This document shows, in pieces, positions 22,301 through 33,546 of a stretch of 64,000 nucleotides of DNA. Both the position numbers and the translations under genes were made by a program. The DNA is from Mytilus californianus (taxonomy: Eukaryota), in contig NW_026262593.1 of NCBI RefSeq assembly GCF_021869535.1, positions 14,508,001-14,572,000 on the forward strand, read 5' to 3'. The notes below the pieces were generated by a model. The model did not search any database. It was not told where the DNA came from and worked only from the letters and a program-made list of their open reading frames with translations. Each line of letters begins with the position of its first letter. Positions within the stretch are counted from its first letter, which is position 1.

Positions 22301-25300
22301 CTGAAAACCGTTCATCTAGTAAGGCTGTTGTTGAAGAATTTTCTTCGGAAGCTTTTTCTTCACTAGCCTTCAGTCGGTCGTCGTATGAGAGCCCGTGATC
22401 GCTATTGTCGTCTGAACATGTTTCATCTAATGACTCCTGGTGTACAAATAGTGGCTCCACCTTGTTTACTTTTGCTGCAAATGTCTGGTGGCAAAAAAAA
22501 AAAGAAAGAATACAAACACAAAAATAAACATAAAAAAAAACCTGGCAGAATTGCTAAAAAAACCAAGTTTTATTTTTGAAAGAAAGAAAAAAAATAAAAA
22601 AATAAAAGCAATTTCGGATTTTTGAAATGCAATACAGTTTGTTTATTTATTTAGCTATTTTTATAAACTCTTGCACAATAAATGTTAACTTTTTAACTCC
22701 AGCGCTTCTGATGTAAAGTCTAGCTTTGTAGATATATTAAATTATTTAGCGCTGATGGTGTAAAAGTCCCGCGCTTGAGATATTAGTATAACGTCAAGCG
22801 CAGAAGATGTACAGTCTTAAGTTGTACTGAAGACATAGTCTTGCTCTATGGACGAAAAATCCAGTACTCGAGATGTAAAGTTCAGCGCTAAAGATATATA
22901 GTCCAGCGTTAGAGATGTAAACTCCAATGTTCGGGATTTAAATCCGAGCCTTTTAGATGTAATGCAGATTACAGGCAGTGACTCTACTAGTTCATAGAAA
23001 TTAATACAACCTTTCGGTAACTAACAATTGTTTCTCTATGGGCATTCGATTTTCCAAAAATAAGCCTGGAATTAAGTGGTTGTCGTTTTTTTTTTATGTT
23101 TCTCACATTTGTTTTTCGTTTATTGTTTTGCATATTTTGTTCATGTGTTGTGCCGTTACACCACTGTCCCAGGTTATGGGGAACTTCAAGGTTGGCGCCT
23201 TGAAACATGTTTAACCCCGCCACATTCTGTGTGTGCCTGTCCAAAGTCGGGAGCCTGTTGTTCATGTCTGTCATTTTTGTTTTTTCGCAAATTGTTTTCG
23301 TACAAATAAGGCCGTTTGTTTTCTCAATTAAATTGTTTCATATTTTTCATGTCGGGGCCTTTTATAGCCGACTATACGGTATAGGGTTTTCTCATTGTTG
23401 AAGGCCGTACGGTTGTCTATAATTTCTTACATCCACTTCATTTAAACTTTGGTGGATAGCTGTCTCATTGGCACTCATACCACATCTCCTTATTTTTATA
23501 TGCACGTCTCCAGCGATAGAGCTACTTCTTTAGCACTGGATTTTGACTTAAAAAAATCATAACTCTTATTCTGCATCATACCAACAGAGCTCCAGTTCTG
23601 ACAAAAATTTAGACGTTGACGATTAAAAAGTCATAAAGTCCTTAAGTTAATGTAATTATCCTTATTATTTACACTTACAACACGGCTCCTCTCTCGTCGA
23701 ACTTTTGGTTTCCTTTGGTTGATTGGATTCCATTGTCGTTTTCGTCTACAGCAAAAATACTGTCGCAACTAACAATAAAAAATCATTATTGTTATATAAT
23801 GAGCACAGCTGAAAACCGTAAGTACAAGCACTTCGGGTACATGCCAATTTTGCTTTGCCCTGTCCCATTTTTCCCAAATCCTTTATTTTTTTTCTTTTAA
23901 TTTTAAATTTTTTTGTGTTTTTTCTGTTTTAGACTCTCATAAATATTCTAGAAAACAACCCTAGTTATTTACTATTTACTATTAACTGATAGTTTACTAT
24001 CCACTGAGGTCACTGGTTTCTCTACATATTATCAGTGACAGCTGTGGATAGTAAACTAGTAATTGATAGTAAATAGTAAACACATGTTGAGTCTAGTATA
24101 TTTATGTAAGTCTAAAACAGAAATATACGAAAATAATTGAACTTTTAAAAAACGGATTTTGGAAAAGAGGGGAAAGGCACAAACAATTGTCCTGTCCCCA
24201 AGTACCTATGATACAAATTAAGTCAGTACTGTAAAGGATGTCCCTCGACAAAAATTACAAGCATGTCATATTTTTACGAAATTTCATTCAACAACATCTC
24301 CACTGGACGTTAAGCAACTAACAATCAATTAATCAACAACAATATTTCAAAATTAATAACATTACGACTTTATAAGTACATGCACAATTGTTGAAAAGTC
24401 TTTCAAGTATATCTCCAAACCTTTCAAAATTTGTATATATTCAAATTCTGAGGAATTGCATAACTTTTCTGTTTTGACTGTGCGAGTGAAACCAATACAG
24501 GGGAAATATCTAATTTAATAGATTTAAAAGAATTCGCGCTCAGGGAAGATTTAGGATGTTATACTGGCTCAGTCTAAAATATAGTTTTTTTTTTGTGTAA
24601 ATTAAGGTATTAATATATTAAATTTTATGCATCAAATTTACATTTGGAACAGTGAGAAACGTTACCATAAGCCATATTTCGGATATTTCTGGTCAATAGT
24701 GAAAAAAAAACCACATATGGATGGCTAATTTGTTTGACCGTGATCAGTTAGTCGTGCCATAAACAAAACCAATACCTCTAACCTAAATCCTGGTCAACCC
24801 ATTTTAAATAAGACATTTTGTAATGAATATTCATGTAAGATACATGCAGATTGGTTTATAGATTTAAAAAAAAAGAACAAAGAGATTAAAAATCGGTTAT
24901 CCGCATGTTATGAGAATTGGATATGTTGTCAGAGATTAAAAAAAATTGTTTTTTTTAATAAAAGGTCATGTTTTTCTCCGACTGTTATTGACGTCTTTAC
25001 ACTAAATCCACTGGATGTTCTGATTGTGTACTGATTGATACTTTAGTCTTAAATACATGATTTTTTATCAGTTGTTATTGGCTTTGAACTAGCTGTCAGT
25101 AACTGCGAGTACTATCCGATCTGTATTTAGGGTCTTTTTTGTTGTTGGGATGTATAAATACCCGGCCACGTCTGGTCTCCGTTTTTAAAACTTGCTTTTC
25201 TGCACTGTATCGATCTGTTAAGTTGAGACCTTTTCAACTGATTTTTATAGTTTTTCATATGTTGTGCTGTTACACCTTCCAAGGTAAGGGGGAAGGGTTT

Positions 25301-25792
25301 TGACGCCCACCTGCCACATTCTGTATGTGCCTGTAATTCAGTGGTTGTCGCTTGTTGCTGTATATCATATTTGTATTTCGTTCATTGTTTTGTACATAAA
25401 TCAGGCCGATAATTTTCTCGTTTGAATTGTTTTACAATTGTCATATCATGGCCTTTTATAACTGTCTATGCGGTATGGGTTTTGCTCATTGTTGAAGGCC
25501 GTACGGTGATCTATAGTTGTTTACTTCTGTGTCATTTGGTCTCTGCTGGAGACTTGTGTCTCATATCTCCTTTTTTTTATAGTTACACGGAATTTTAAAG
25601 TTTTATCGATATAAATTGTTTATTTGAAATACTAGCACAACTCATAGATGTTTATTGTTTAAAAAAAGGACAAATGCTAGTCTCTAAATAAAGACAAATG
25701 CTAGTTTCTAAGAAAATAGTAAAATTAAGTGATCAAATGATACTTACGAATAAACAAAAATTGTCCGGAAGCGGCTGCGATCTGACCTCCAT
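19322..25792 (-). CDS. Uncharacterised 154-aa protein, 5 coding exons; putative membrane-tethered PP1/PKA scaffold (AKAP-like)
   Basis: Exons (minus) 25792-25748, 23768-23679, 22484-22247, 19500-19425, 19337-19322. Donors GTAAGT, GTAAGT, GTATAA, GTAAGT; pyrimidine-rich AG acceptors; phases 0,0,1,2 give an open frame of 465 nt. AATAAA lies about 15 nt after the stop. Protein: MEVRSQPLPDNFCLFLRQYFCCRRKRQWNPINQRKPKVRRERSRVTFAAKVNKVEPLFVHQESLDETCSDDNSDHGLSYDDRLKASEEKASEENSSTTALLDERFSDRSSSESEYEEGEILTVEEKYVQDTIHAALDQWRKDCEHISQTELQCK. The function is inferred from short motifs only. Confidence 0.62.
19919..20208. mobile_element. PIF/Harbinger (Tourist-like) MITE, second copy
   Basis: Same TIR and internal subrepeats as 6074-6352. 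Left flank TAA, right flank AAA (one mismatch). Confidence 0.85.
21150..21475 (+). repeat. Degenerate Penelope-like 3' end plus tail fragment
   Basis: GTTGACTGTTATGGAATATCTGT resembles GTTGACCGTTATGGTATATCCGT at 42625, followed by AACAACACGACGGGT...GATTGTTCCCTTGGTA. Confidence 0.6.
21740..21810 (-). repeat. Interspersed repeat family A end fragment
   Basis: GAGAGTTGTCTCATTGGCAATCATACCACATCTTCTT. Confidence 0.75.
21822..21986. mobile_element. MITE with CAGGCCCGTAGC-type TIRs and 5-bp TSD
   Basis: Left CAGACCCGTACC, right GCTACGGGCCTG. CTATC lies on both sides (21817-21821, 21987-21991). Confidence 0.8.
22695..22945. repeat. Degenerate minisatellite of about 21 bp (consensus near GTCCAGCGCTAGAGATGTAAA)
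   Basis: Roughly 11-12 diverged units visible by eye. Confidence 0.7.
23085..23500 (-). repeat. Interspersed repeat family A copy
   Basis: Contains ACACCACTGTCCCAGG, AACATGTTTAACCCCGCC and the GTCTCATTGGCACTCATACCACATCT end. Confidence 0.88.
23836..24206. mobile_element. Foldback/palindromic MITE-like element, about 370 bp
   Basis: The arms are reverse complements around a loop of about 18 nt near 24025, e.g. TTTACTATTTACTAT..TAGTTTACTATCCAC versus GTGGATAGTAAACTA..ATAGTAAATAGTAAA, and TTCTGTTTTAGACT versus AGTCTAAAACAGAA. Ends are GGTAC...GTACC. No clear TSD. Confidence 0.75.
24962..25580 (-). repeat. Interspersed repeat family A, near full-length copy
   Basis: Reverse complement of 48365-48940 over most of its length. 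Confidence 0.88.
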
Positions 25793-26888
25793 CTTAAGGA
25801 CTTAAAAATAAATGTAGATACACAGTCAGAATTAAATGAATGAAATATTCGTTGCTGAGCTGATTACTATGCACAAAGTATGCCGAGGCCTTTGCGTAGA
25901 GGGATACAGAAATTAACACGCTAATAAAATGTAAATTGCAAATTCAATAAAGTGTGAAATTATCGATTTCAAATAGTAATCAACTTTTTCTTAATTGTTG
26001 TCCATTAATTGAATGTAATTATGGATTTGTTTTATACATAATGCAAAATTTTACAAAAACAGTTTTATCTGTTCCCGCTTTTAGCACCTCTTTCATGTTG
26101 TAAAATCCTCCAACTTAACGTTTTATTACAGATCACTATTTTTAAACATTTTAATAAACGTTTTATGTATGGCTTTAAATTTATAAATTTGAATTGAAAA
26201 GTTATGGGTGAAATGTCGTACTTGACAATGTAATTATTCATTTGTATCTGATCATGAGGGTCTTCACCACAAATATTTTATTTACCACTAACGTATGCAT
26301 TTGAATGCATAAAAACTGTTCAGTCAAAATTATGTCTTGTTTTTGATGTACAACATATCACAAATTGTTATCCATGATACATACACATATCTACAACAGT
26401 CACTTTCAATTGTTATTTGTGAAAGAAAATGTTGGGAAAATTCCAACAGACAGCAACCTTAAATGGCAAAAAGGTACAAGAGATATTATACGAGTTTTTG
26501 GATGTTTAAAATTTTGGAAGACGTATGTCCGTACAGACTGAACAAATAAATGTTCATATATTACCCAGGCATATAACTATAATTGAATTGTCAAAGATAA
26601 ATTGAAATGTCTGTAATTGCAAGAAATGAAAGGATTTGGGATGGACGTGTTTGTCTAAATATCTGATAGAATACCAAGAAGTACCAAATATGTAAGGAAA
26701 ACACTTTCCATGAGTTATTCATCTTAGTATGAACACATTTTTAGGAATTTTACATGTATCGTACAGATTTTTTTTAAATACGTACAGTTACAAGGATCTT
26801 ACACTTCGATCGCGAACTGTGGAACTGTTTACCTTATCAAAGTGCAATTTGACTCCTGTATGTGTAACAGGGTTTTTCTATTTCATGT

Positions 26889-27138
26889 TACCCAATGTTT
26901 AGTTTCCTGTTTCTCAATCTTAAGTTCTACATTACTCAACCTTTAGTTTCCTGTTACTCACTGTTAAGCTTCCTGTTATTCAATGTTAAGCTTCCTGTTA
27001 CTCAATCCTTAATTACTAAATGTTTAGTTTCCTTTTATTCAATGTTAAGCTTCCTGTTAATCAATCTTTAATTTCCTGTTTCTCAATCTTAAGTTCTCCA
27101 TTATTCAACCTTTAGTTTCCTGTTACTCAATCTTTACT
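26889..27138. repeat. 22-bp minisatellite (TTAAGCTTCCTGTTACTCAATC-like)
   Basis: About 11 diverged units; period 22 measured between 26964 and 26986. Confidence 0.8.
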
Positions 27139-28164
27139 TTACTTTCACTCAATGTAACAGTAAGACTTATTTAGTGCCGATATCAGTCGTTCTTTCTCAT
27201 AACTTTGTTTGAGCGGGTTTTGTGTAAGCAGCACATTCTTGCTAATGAAGTCCGTATTGTTTGAACGTAGACGAACTTTACGCATCAACAGAGTAAATTA
27301 CTGCTGAGAAATAAGAAGATGGCATTTGGAAAGTTGAAATCATCACGTTTGTCATAAAATCTAGTTTAAAGTCGTCCATCTGTGTCAATATCGAGGAAAA
27401 GATCACGATATGAAGCAAACTTTCTAGTTCTAGGAGTATCATTAATATCAAGTTCACTGGGATTTAAAATGAATAGCACTAATTATCAAGCATTTTAAGA
27501 CCGTGCAAAAGACCACACCAATCATACCATCCGAGACAATAGACAATAGATAGCGTGAATTGGTAGCGATAATAATTACATAACTGGTATTTTTCATAAG
27601 AATCCGTACTTTTGATTGGCTAAAAGCAATCGCGAGGAATTCAAAAATCAAATTGTATTTCTCAATAAAATTCGACATTCATGACTGCACGTTCTTTCAA
27701 TGAAAACGTTTCTAAGATGCATAGGAAAACAAACGAAACTCGAGATATATCTCGAAATTTCATAGTTGAAGACAATGATTAAAATGTAATTATAAGAATT
27801 TAATGCTTCCATCGTGCGCACAATTTCAGTATGAAGTGCGGATGCACAGAAAATTAGTTCAACAATAGAAAATATTTATTTCAACTTTACTTCATTTTAC
27901 AAAAATTTCAAATTTTATGTTGTCTGTTTAAGTTAAATGAATGCGAAAACCAGATAACAAATTATAGCCTATTAAAGCTCTCTGGCCAAAAAATAAGTTA
28001 AAAGAACTAAAAATCGTTTTGGTAAGTCCTGAAATAATAATTTCAAGAGCATTAGGGACAACATCGACAAATCAATGTAGACTAAAAAACTTAATTCACA
28101 TAGTTTGGGGATGGGATGGATGTCAAACATGCTGCAAGTTTTGCAAGAAAAACTCAACGAAAAT

Positions 28165-28310
28165 AACAGGCTTATAATTTGGAACGCCAGATGCGCATTT
28201 CGTCTGCATAAGACGCACCAGTAGCACTATAATCAAAACAGTTTGAAGGCTAACTCAAACTAAGTTGAAGAACACTACAAACAGAAAATTTCAAAAGTGA
28301 ACTGTTTCAT
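28165..28310 (+). repeat. Interspersed repeat family D fragment (ACGCCAGACGCGCGTTTCGTC motif)
   Basis: Similar segments at 37155-37270 and 46818-46930. Confidence 0.6.
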
Positions 28311-29299
28311 GGTATCTTTGTCATTGGAACCATAATTAAATGGTAGTTTTGAATTTTAGTGAAGCATAATACAGATCAACACAAGATTTGAAAGCCATCT
28401 AGATAGTGTCATGCTCTATACACACCAGTAACCCTTGTAACAACTTTAGAGGGGTCTGTACGTGGCCTGTGCAAGACTAAAGAGGCGGTCCAAATTTCAA
28501 GTCTTTTATCCTGGTCAATCCCTTTTACAGGACTTACCTATTGTATGTATTGCTAATTTGTTTTCGTCATGAACATGCATGAAATATTTGCCACTGAATG
28601 TTAAGCAACTAACAATCAATTATTGTTGATAAAACAACACTCATGATATTACATGCTAAACAGCATTAAAACATTCTTTACAGGCATATGCCTATACCAG
28701 TTAATCAATATTTTCCAAATCAAGTTGCAAGGGGGTGGGTGGGGTCCAGGAAAAATCTATGTGAATTAAAGTTTTTATCCTACATTGAACTTTTGATGTG
28801 GTCCCTAATTCTGTCAACTTTCAAAAATAATCAACCGTCGACAGTGGAACGTCGAAAAAGTCACACCGAGTTCACGAATGAAAACTTTTTGTTGCCATTA
28901 AAGCTATCATTAAAAGTAGTATGGCGGTAACATGAACATAAAACGATGATATTGTGTATGTAAATTTAACAATTGATATTTTAAGTAGTGTTATAAAAAC
29001 ACATTGGATCCAGGGAAATGACTGACCTTGCAAATATATCAACGATACATGTATTTAAGTAATGACATGCAATGATATAAAAACAGTTTATTATAAGCAA
29101 TAAAACATGGCATGCTATTTAATATATATGATACATTTACAATTTATTTATTGAAACCCATAGTAACGGTAATAACAGTGGTTTGTGTATTTAAATCAAT
29201 CAATCGAGCGGTCGGCCATATAACTACTATTACTAACCACTACTTACAGTACAGTTGAAAGATCACCATCAAATTAACTAGATTGCTGGTATTAATGAC

Positions 29300-29665
29300 C
29301 ATCCGTCGGGGCGGAGTGGTCTAAATAGTTCATCTAAAGTGATCACTAGACACTCAACTCTAAGGTTGCGAGTTCAGGGCCCGTTTGCATAAAGCTACTT
29401 GAGTTAAGATTTGGAATGGACGGATTTTTCTACATGTCCTACGATAAATTAGTTCTTAACTTAAGTGGGTTTATGCATAAGGGCCCTAATCCCGTTCGCG
29501 GCGAAATGTGTTCGACTCCGATCTTAATTGACAAGGAATACCTTTTCATGTCTAAGGTCGGTGGTTCTCTTCGAGTATTCAGGCTACCACCTCCAATAAA
29601 AACTTTCCGTCATAATATAACCAAAGTGGTTGAATTTGCGTTTATATACCAACAAACAAACACAA
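29300..29665 (+). mobile_element. tRNA-derived SINE, degenerate, interrupted by a MITE
   Basis: A-box-like GGCGGAGTGGTCTAA and B-box-like GGTTGCGAGTTC|AATCCCG split by an insertion. Body GGTCGGTGGTTCTCTTCGAGTA...CCACCTCCAATAAAAACT and (CAAA)n tail. Confidence 0.7.
29377..29486. mobile_element. Short Harbinger-like MITE (110 bp) inserted in the SINE B-box
   Basis: TIR GGGCCCGTTTGCATAAAGCTACTTGAGTTAAG versus CTTAACTTAAGTGGGTTTATGCATAAGGGCCC. Flanks TCA/TAA. Confidence 0.7.
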
Positions 29666-29914
29666 CAAGATTTGTGTTCAAAATAAGATTAAGTTTGACA
29701 TATTCGTTATCACTCAACAAAATGCTCATAGCTAAATCGACTTCGATACACGTGTTAAACATGTTCAATCTGCAAGCTCTGCAGTTTCCGTTGATGTGTC
29801 CCGAAAGAAACAATAATGGATATTATAATAATTGTGAAAAGTACAGCCTACAATGTATTGCACTGCTCATTTACCTGATGACTTCTTTTCAAAAAAATTT
29901 CAAATACAATGTAA

Positions 29915-30012
29915 ATATAAAAAAGAAGATGTGGTATGATTGCCAATGAGACAACTCTCCACAAGAGACCAAATGACACAGAAATTAACAACTATAGATC
30001 ACCGTACGGCCT
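29915..30012 (+). repeat. Interspersed repeat family A end fragment
   Basis: Near-identical to 48365-48465. Confidence 0.85.
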
Positions 30013-30501
30013 TTTACTTACTAACTTAAACGATACTCTTTTATAATATAAATATAGTCTCTTGGTACCCAACTTTCATCTTGTATTCAATCGTTTTCCG
30101 TCACATTTAGATTGACATATAATTATCCTCTATGTGGCATTGGTCAAAATAAAGTGAACTTCTTTGAAAAATGAATACAATGGATTATGTTTGTAAGACA
30201 TTTAAGCGTGAAAATCTATAGATGTGTCACCTAAGTACTTGCATATCTATATTTGTATATATTGATTCAAATTAGGGAATTCGAATCAAGTCCACCTTAA
30301 AGGATATATGAAATCTCTCATTTTATGTTTTTGCTGGAATTTAATGATAAAAGCTAGAGTTAAAACATTTACAAATTAAACATGATCTCTGTGTACCGGG
30401 ATTTTTTACCATCTCCAGATATTGCATTGCAAAAATAAATGTTAGCGAGATTTCAAATAAATAAGATCCTTTAAATTTATTCCCAATGCACATAAATAAT
30501 A

Positions 30502-32262
30502 TTATCGATACACAATTTTATACATTGCGGCAAATTTTCCGTTCCGATTGCTTACCAGTAGAACGGAGTTTTCTTTGTCAATATAAATAGCTTGAGGACG
30601 TTCTAGTCCAACACTTTTCCCAAGTAGTATCCGAATTTTATTTCTATCAGGAGAAATAACTACAATGCAATGATTATCACTGCACGCGACGAAAATATTA
30701 CCATATTTGTCCGTTGTTACGGTCTGAGGCCCTCTCATGTACTCATTTTGGTACGTCCACATCAACGTACCCGTTACAGAAACGCAATACAACAAATGTT
30801 TCTTAGGGTCTGTGTAGTAAATGCTGTCTGAACCGATGTGGAAGTTTTCTAGCCTCGACTTGATAGTTGTACTCTTGATCCTGTTTCCAAAGTAATCTAA
30901 TTCCAGTAGCTCGTTGCCTTTCATGCCAACAAAAATAGCATAGTCATCACTACAAAGTCCCCATCCCGACTTTTGTAATGGAATCGTGTCTATAATATCC
31001 CCATTCATACAGTTAATAAGTTTCACTTCATTTTGGTCGGGATATGTGACAGCGATGGTTGTTCCATCTAACTGAGTTACGTCCCATGGATCGCCAGTTA
31101 TTTTTATTTCTTTTAGATATTTCCCTAAAGCGTTGAATAAATAGAGATGACCATTTTTGTAGGACGACTCGGCCACCATTATTTTTTTGTCGATTAACCT
31201 AATAATACTAGAAATTATACCAAGTTGTCCAACAGGAATTGATATTTTCCTATGAAAAAGTAGTGAGATTTTCCTTACATCAATTTCGTGTCGAATTGCT
31301 TCAGGGATTTGAGTTAGTGATGTTTTACCGCTTTTTAAAGTAATTTCTCTTGATGATCTTGGTGTTGTAAGAGATCTAGATCGAACCACTGGATGTAAAG
31401 CAGATTTATGCGCAGTCACTACATTTATTTTACCGAACGATGTAATTTTACTCATGATGAGTTTGACACTGGGGGAAGTTTCAAAAGAAATATCCACATC
31501 TACGGTCGTATCACTCGTTTGCAAGTACTGCAAGTAACTTTTGCTTGATTCCAGCTGGGATTCTGTATGTCTAATGCCATTGAATGCTTGTATATCAGTG
31601 GCATGCAATTTTATGCCCTTCAGATCTTTTTGTAGTGAAACCAAATTATCGCGCCTCTCGTTTACTTCTCGAAGAACAGCATCAATCTTTGAGTTCTCGA
31701 GAGATTCAATTACTTGTAAATCGTTTGATATTTTGTCCTCCAGTTTGTCTAAATGTTCGTTAAACTGTGTTCTTAATGTCAATATTTCACTTTTAATTCG
31801 TGCTTCTTCCTCTGTGATTCTATTCAAATTATTAGACCGACTTCTTGCCACCTTTTCTAAGTCTCCTAGCACACCTTCGATATCTCTATCAAGTTCATGA
31901 AAGGCAGACGACGACTTGACTGAAGCAGCCACACTTTCTAACGGCGTCACATCGATACATTTATGATGGTCAGTAAGGACACACTGCATACAACATTGGA
32001 CCTTATGAGATGGGCAATATAGTTCTAATTTCCGTTTGTGCTCGGTACAGTCGGGGTTGATCGTGTGAATGAAAGATGGAAGTTTTTCATACTGATTGGC
32101 GTCTATTGTTGTATGACCACGTGACATTTTCATCCGTTTGTGGTGGTCAACACAATCATCACAAAGTCCTTCTTCACACTCTAAGCACCATCTAGTTGAT
32201 TTAGACTTTTTACGACTTATTGAGCATGGACCACAGAAAAGCTCCATGTTTTCAGTTGCCAT
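30502..32262 (-). CDS. RING-less TRIM-like protein: B-box1, B-box2, coiled coil, C-terminal NHL-like beta-propeller; 586 aa, single coding exon
   Basis: B-box1 CGPC...WCLECEEGLCDDCVDHH...H; B-box2 CTEH...YCPSHKVQCCMQCVLTDHHKC; heptad-rich middle region; NHL-like repeats (GPQTVTTDKYGNIFVA, RPQAIYID). A splice acceptor TTTTATCTTATTTGACAG at 32294 places the likely start at MATENMELFC (32262) rather than at the ORF-track start 32331. Confidence 0.93.
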   Translation of the reverse strand: MATENMELFCGPCSISRKKSKSTRWCLECEEGLCDDCVDHHKRMKMSRGHTTIDANQYEKLPSFIHTINPDCTEHKRKLELYCPSHKVQCCMQCVLTDHHKCIDVTPLESVAASVKSSSAFHELDRDIEGVLGDLEKVARSRSNNLNRITEEEARIKSEILTLRTQFNEHLDKLEDKISNDLQVIESLENSKIDAVLREVNERRDNLVSLQKDLKGIKLHATDIQAFNGIRHTESQLESSKSYLQYLQTSDTTVDVDISFETSPSVKLIMSKITSFGKINVVTAHKSALHPVVRSRSLTTPRSSREITLKSGKTSLTQIPEAIRHEIDVRKISLLFHRKISIPVGQLGIISSIIRLIDKKIMVAESSYKNGHLYLFNALGKYLKEIKITGDPWDVTQLDGTTIAVTYPDQNEVKLINCMNGDIIDTIPLQKSGWGLCSDDYAIFVGMKGNELLELDYFGNRIKSTTIKSRLENFHIGSDSIYYTDPKKHLLYCVSVTGTLMWTYQNEYMRGPQTVTTDKYGNIFVACSDNHCIVVISPDRNKIRILLGKSVGLERPQAIYIDKENSVLLVSNRNGKFAAMYKIVYR

Positions 32263-32839
32263 GTTGATGGGAACATCTACCTTATTTGGAACTCTGTCAA
32301 ATAAGATAAAAATATTGATATTCATAATCAAACCAATTAAGAAAGTTACAGTCTTGTCGGCACAGTTCGTTTGATTTCTTTAAGTCATAAAAATGATATT
32401 CTTAAATCAGATTTTAAAAATACATAGTTTATTTTTGCAGTCTATATTGTATATGTATTATACGAGCTCTGACATTTAATTTCAGAATTTTTGCTTAAGT
32501 AATCACAAAGTCGTCCATTATGTCTAATGATCAAAATATTAGCAAGCTAAATAATTGGTAACTGTTTGACCATTGGGCAGCAACTTGTCAGATACTCTGT
32601 TCGTAATTCTAATAACATCATTTTAATAGTTTGGTCAAGTATCAATTTTAGATGAAAATAGTTGTAAAAATTAGAAAAAATAAGATAAAACAGAACTTTT
32701 GCGGCCAAAAATTTATTGAAAAGCAGCATTTCAGTTGAATCATTAAATGACTACTTTTGCATCCTTTCAGATTTAAAAAAAGAAGAAATCGCTAATTGAC
32801 AATGTAAAAGAAATCTTAAATATGACTGTCTTCGCTTAC

Positions 32840-32930
32840 CTTGATTTTAACATGAAAACACACACAATTGATCTTGTAATTATTTATTTAAAACTAAATG
32901 TGTTTTGTTATCTGAGCGATTTCAACGACA
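32840..32930 (-). other. Candidate 5' UTR exon of the TRIM-like gene (5' limit approximate)
   Basis: Consensus donor CAAG|GTAAGC at 32840, upstream of the acceptor at 32294. Confidence 0.4.
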
Positions 32931-33370
32931 CTTGTGAAAAAGACGTAATTAAATCGTTAATGTTTTGTATTTAAGCTTGATTGATTGAAATAGATTCGTT
33001 CCGTTGAAAAGAACAAGTCAAATGAATAACCGCATATGAAAGTGTTTCTGTATATTGTTACTTTTAAAATTTTACACAAAGGTAACAACGTAAAACATTT
33101 CAACCGAACAATTACAGAGAGCGAATGAGGTAAAGCGACGTTAACAACTTTCACAGATAATAAGATCCGTAAAGTAACATTGGTTAGTTTGTCGAAAAGC
33201 TCGTGTTAGAGTTTACTTGATTCAGAATAGTAATGTTTTCTTGGTATATAACACATCGTTGCGGGATAAAGCGGTACTAGGAACCTATAATATACTGTTA
33301 TATCTCATTGATCTCATAATGTGAGGAAATAAAATCAAGATTCTTTAATATTTTTTTATTAGAGACTCAC

Positions 33371-33546
33371 GATCCTTTCCATAAATGACATTTTCACTTT
33401 CTAAGGCTGCTGCAAAGATATGTCCTCCTTTTCCGACACAACCTTTTTTCATGTGGTAAATAACTCATGCACCCGTCTTCCTTGTACCCTGCTTCAAATT
33501 TCGTTTGATTAACAGCTGTCAAGTCAGGAATATTCTGCGAACTCCA
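33371..33546 (-). other. Candidate upstream exon, probably 5' UTR of the TRIM-like gene
   Basis: Polypyrimidine acceptor TTTTCGTTTTGTTATTTCCAAAG and donor ATC|GTGAGT; locally higher GC. No coding link established. Confidence 0.3.

Noticed and set aside
29300-29376. tRNA gene
   Set aside because: Only degenerate A/B boxes, followed by a SINE body and tail; no cloverleaf.
29416-29949. 177-aa plus-strand ORF
   Set aside because: It runs across a MITE, a SINE and a family A repeat, and has no protein-like features.
31541-31900. 119-aa plus ORF, and likewise 40875-41150
   Set aside because: Antisense shadows of real coding exons.
32263-32331. N-terminal 23 aa of the 609-aa ORF
   Set aside because: It spans a clear splice acceptor at 32294, so the first codons are intronic.
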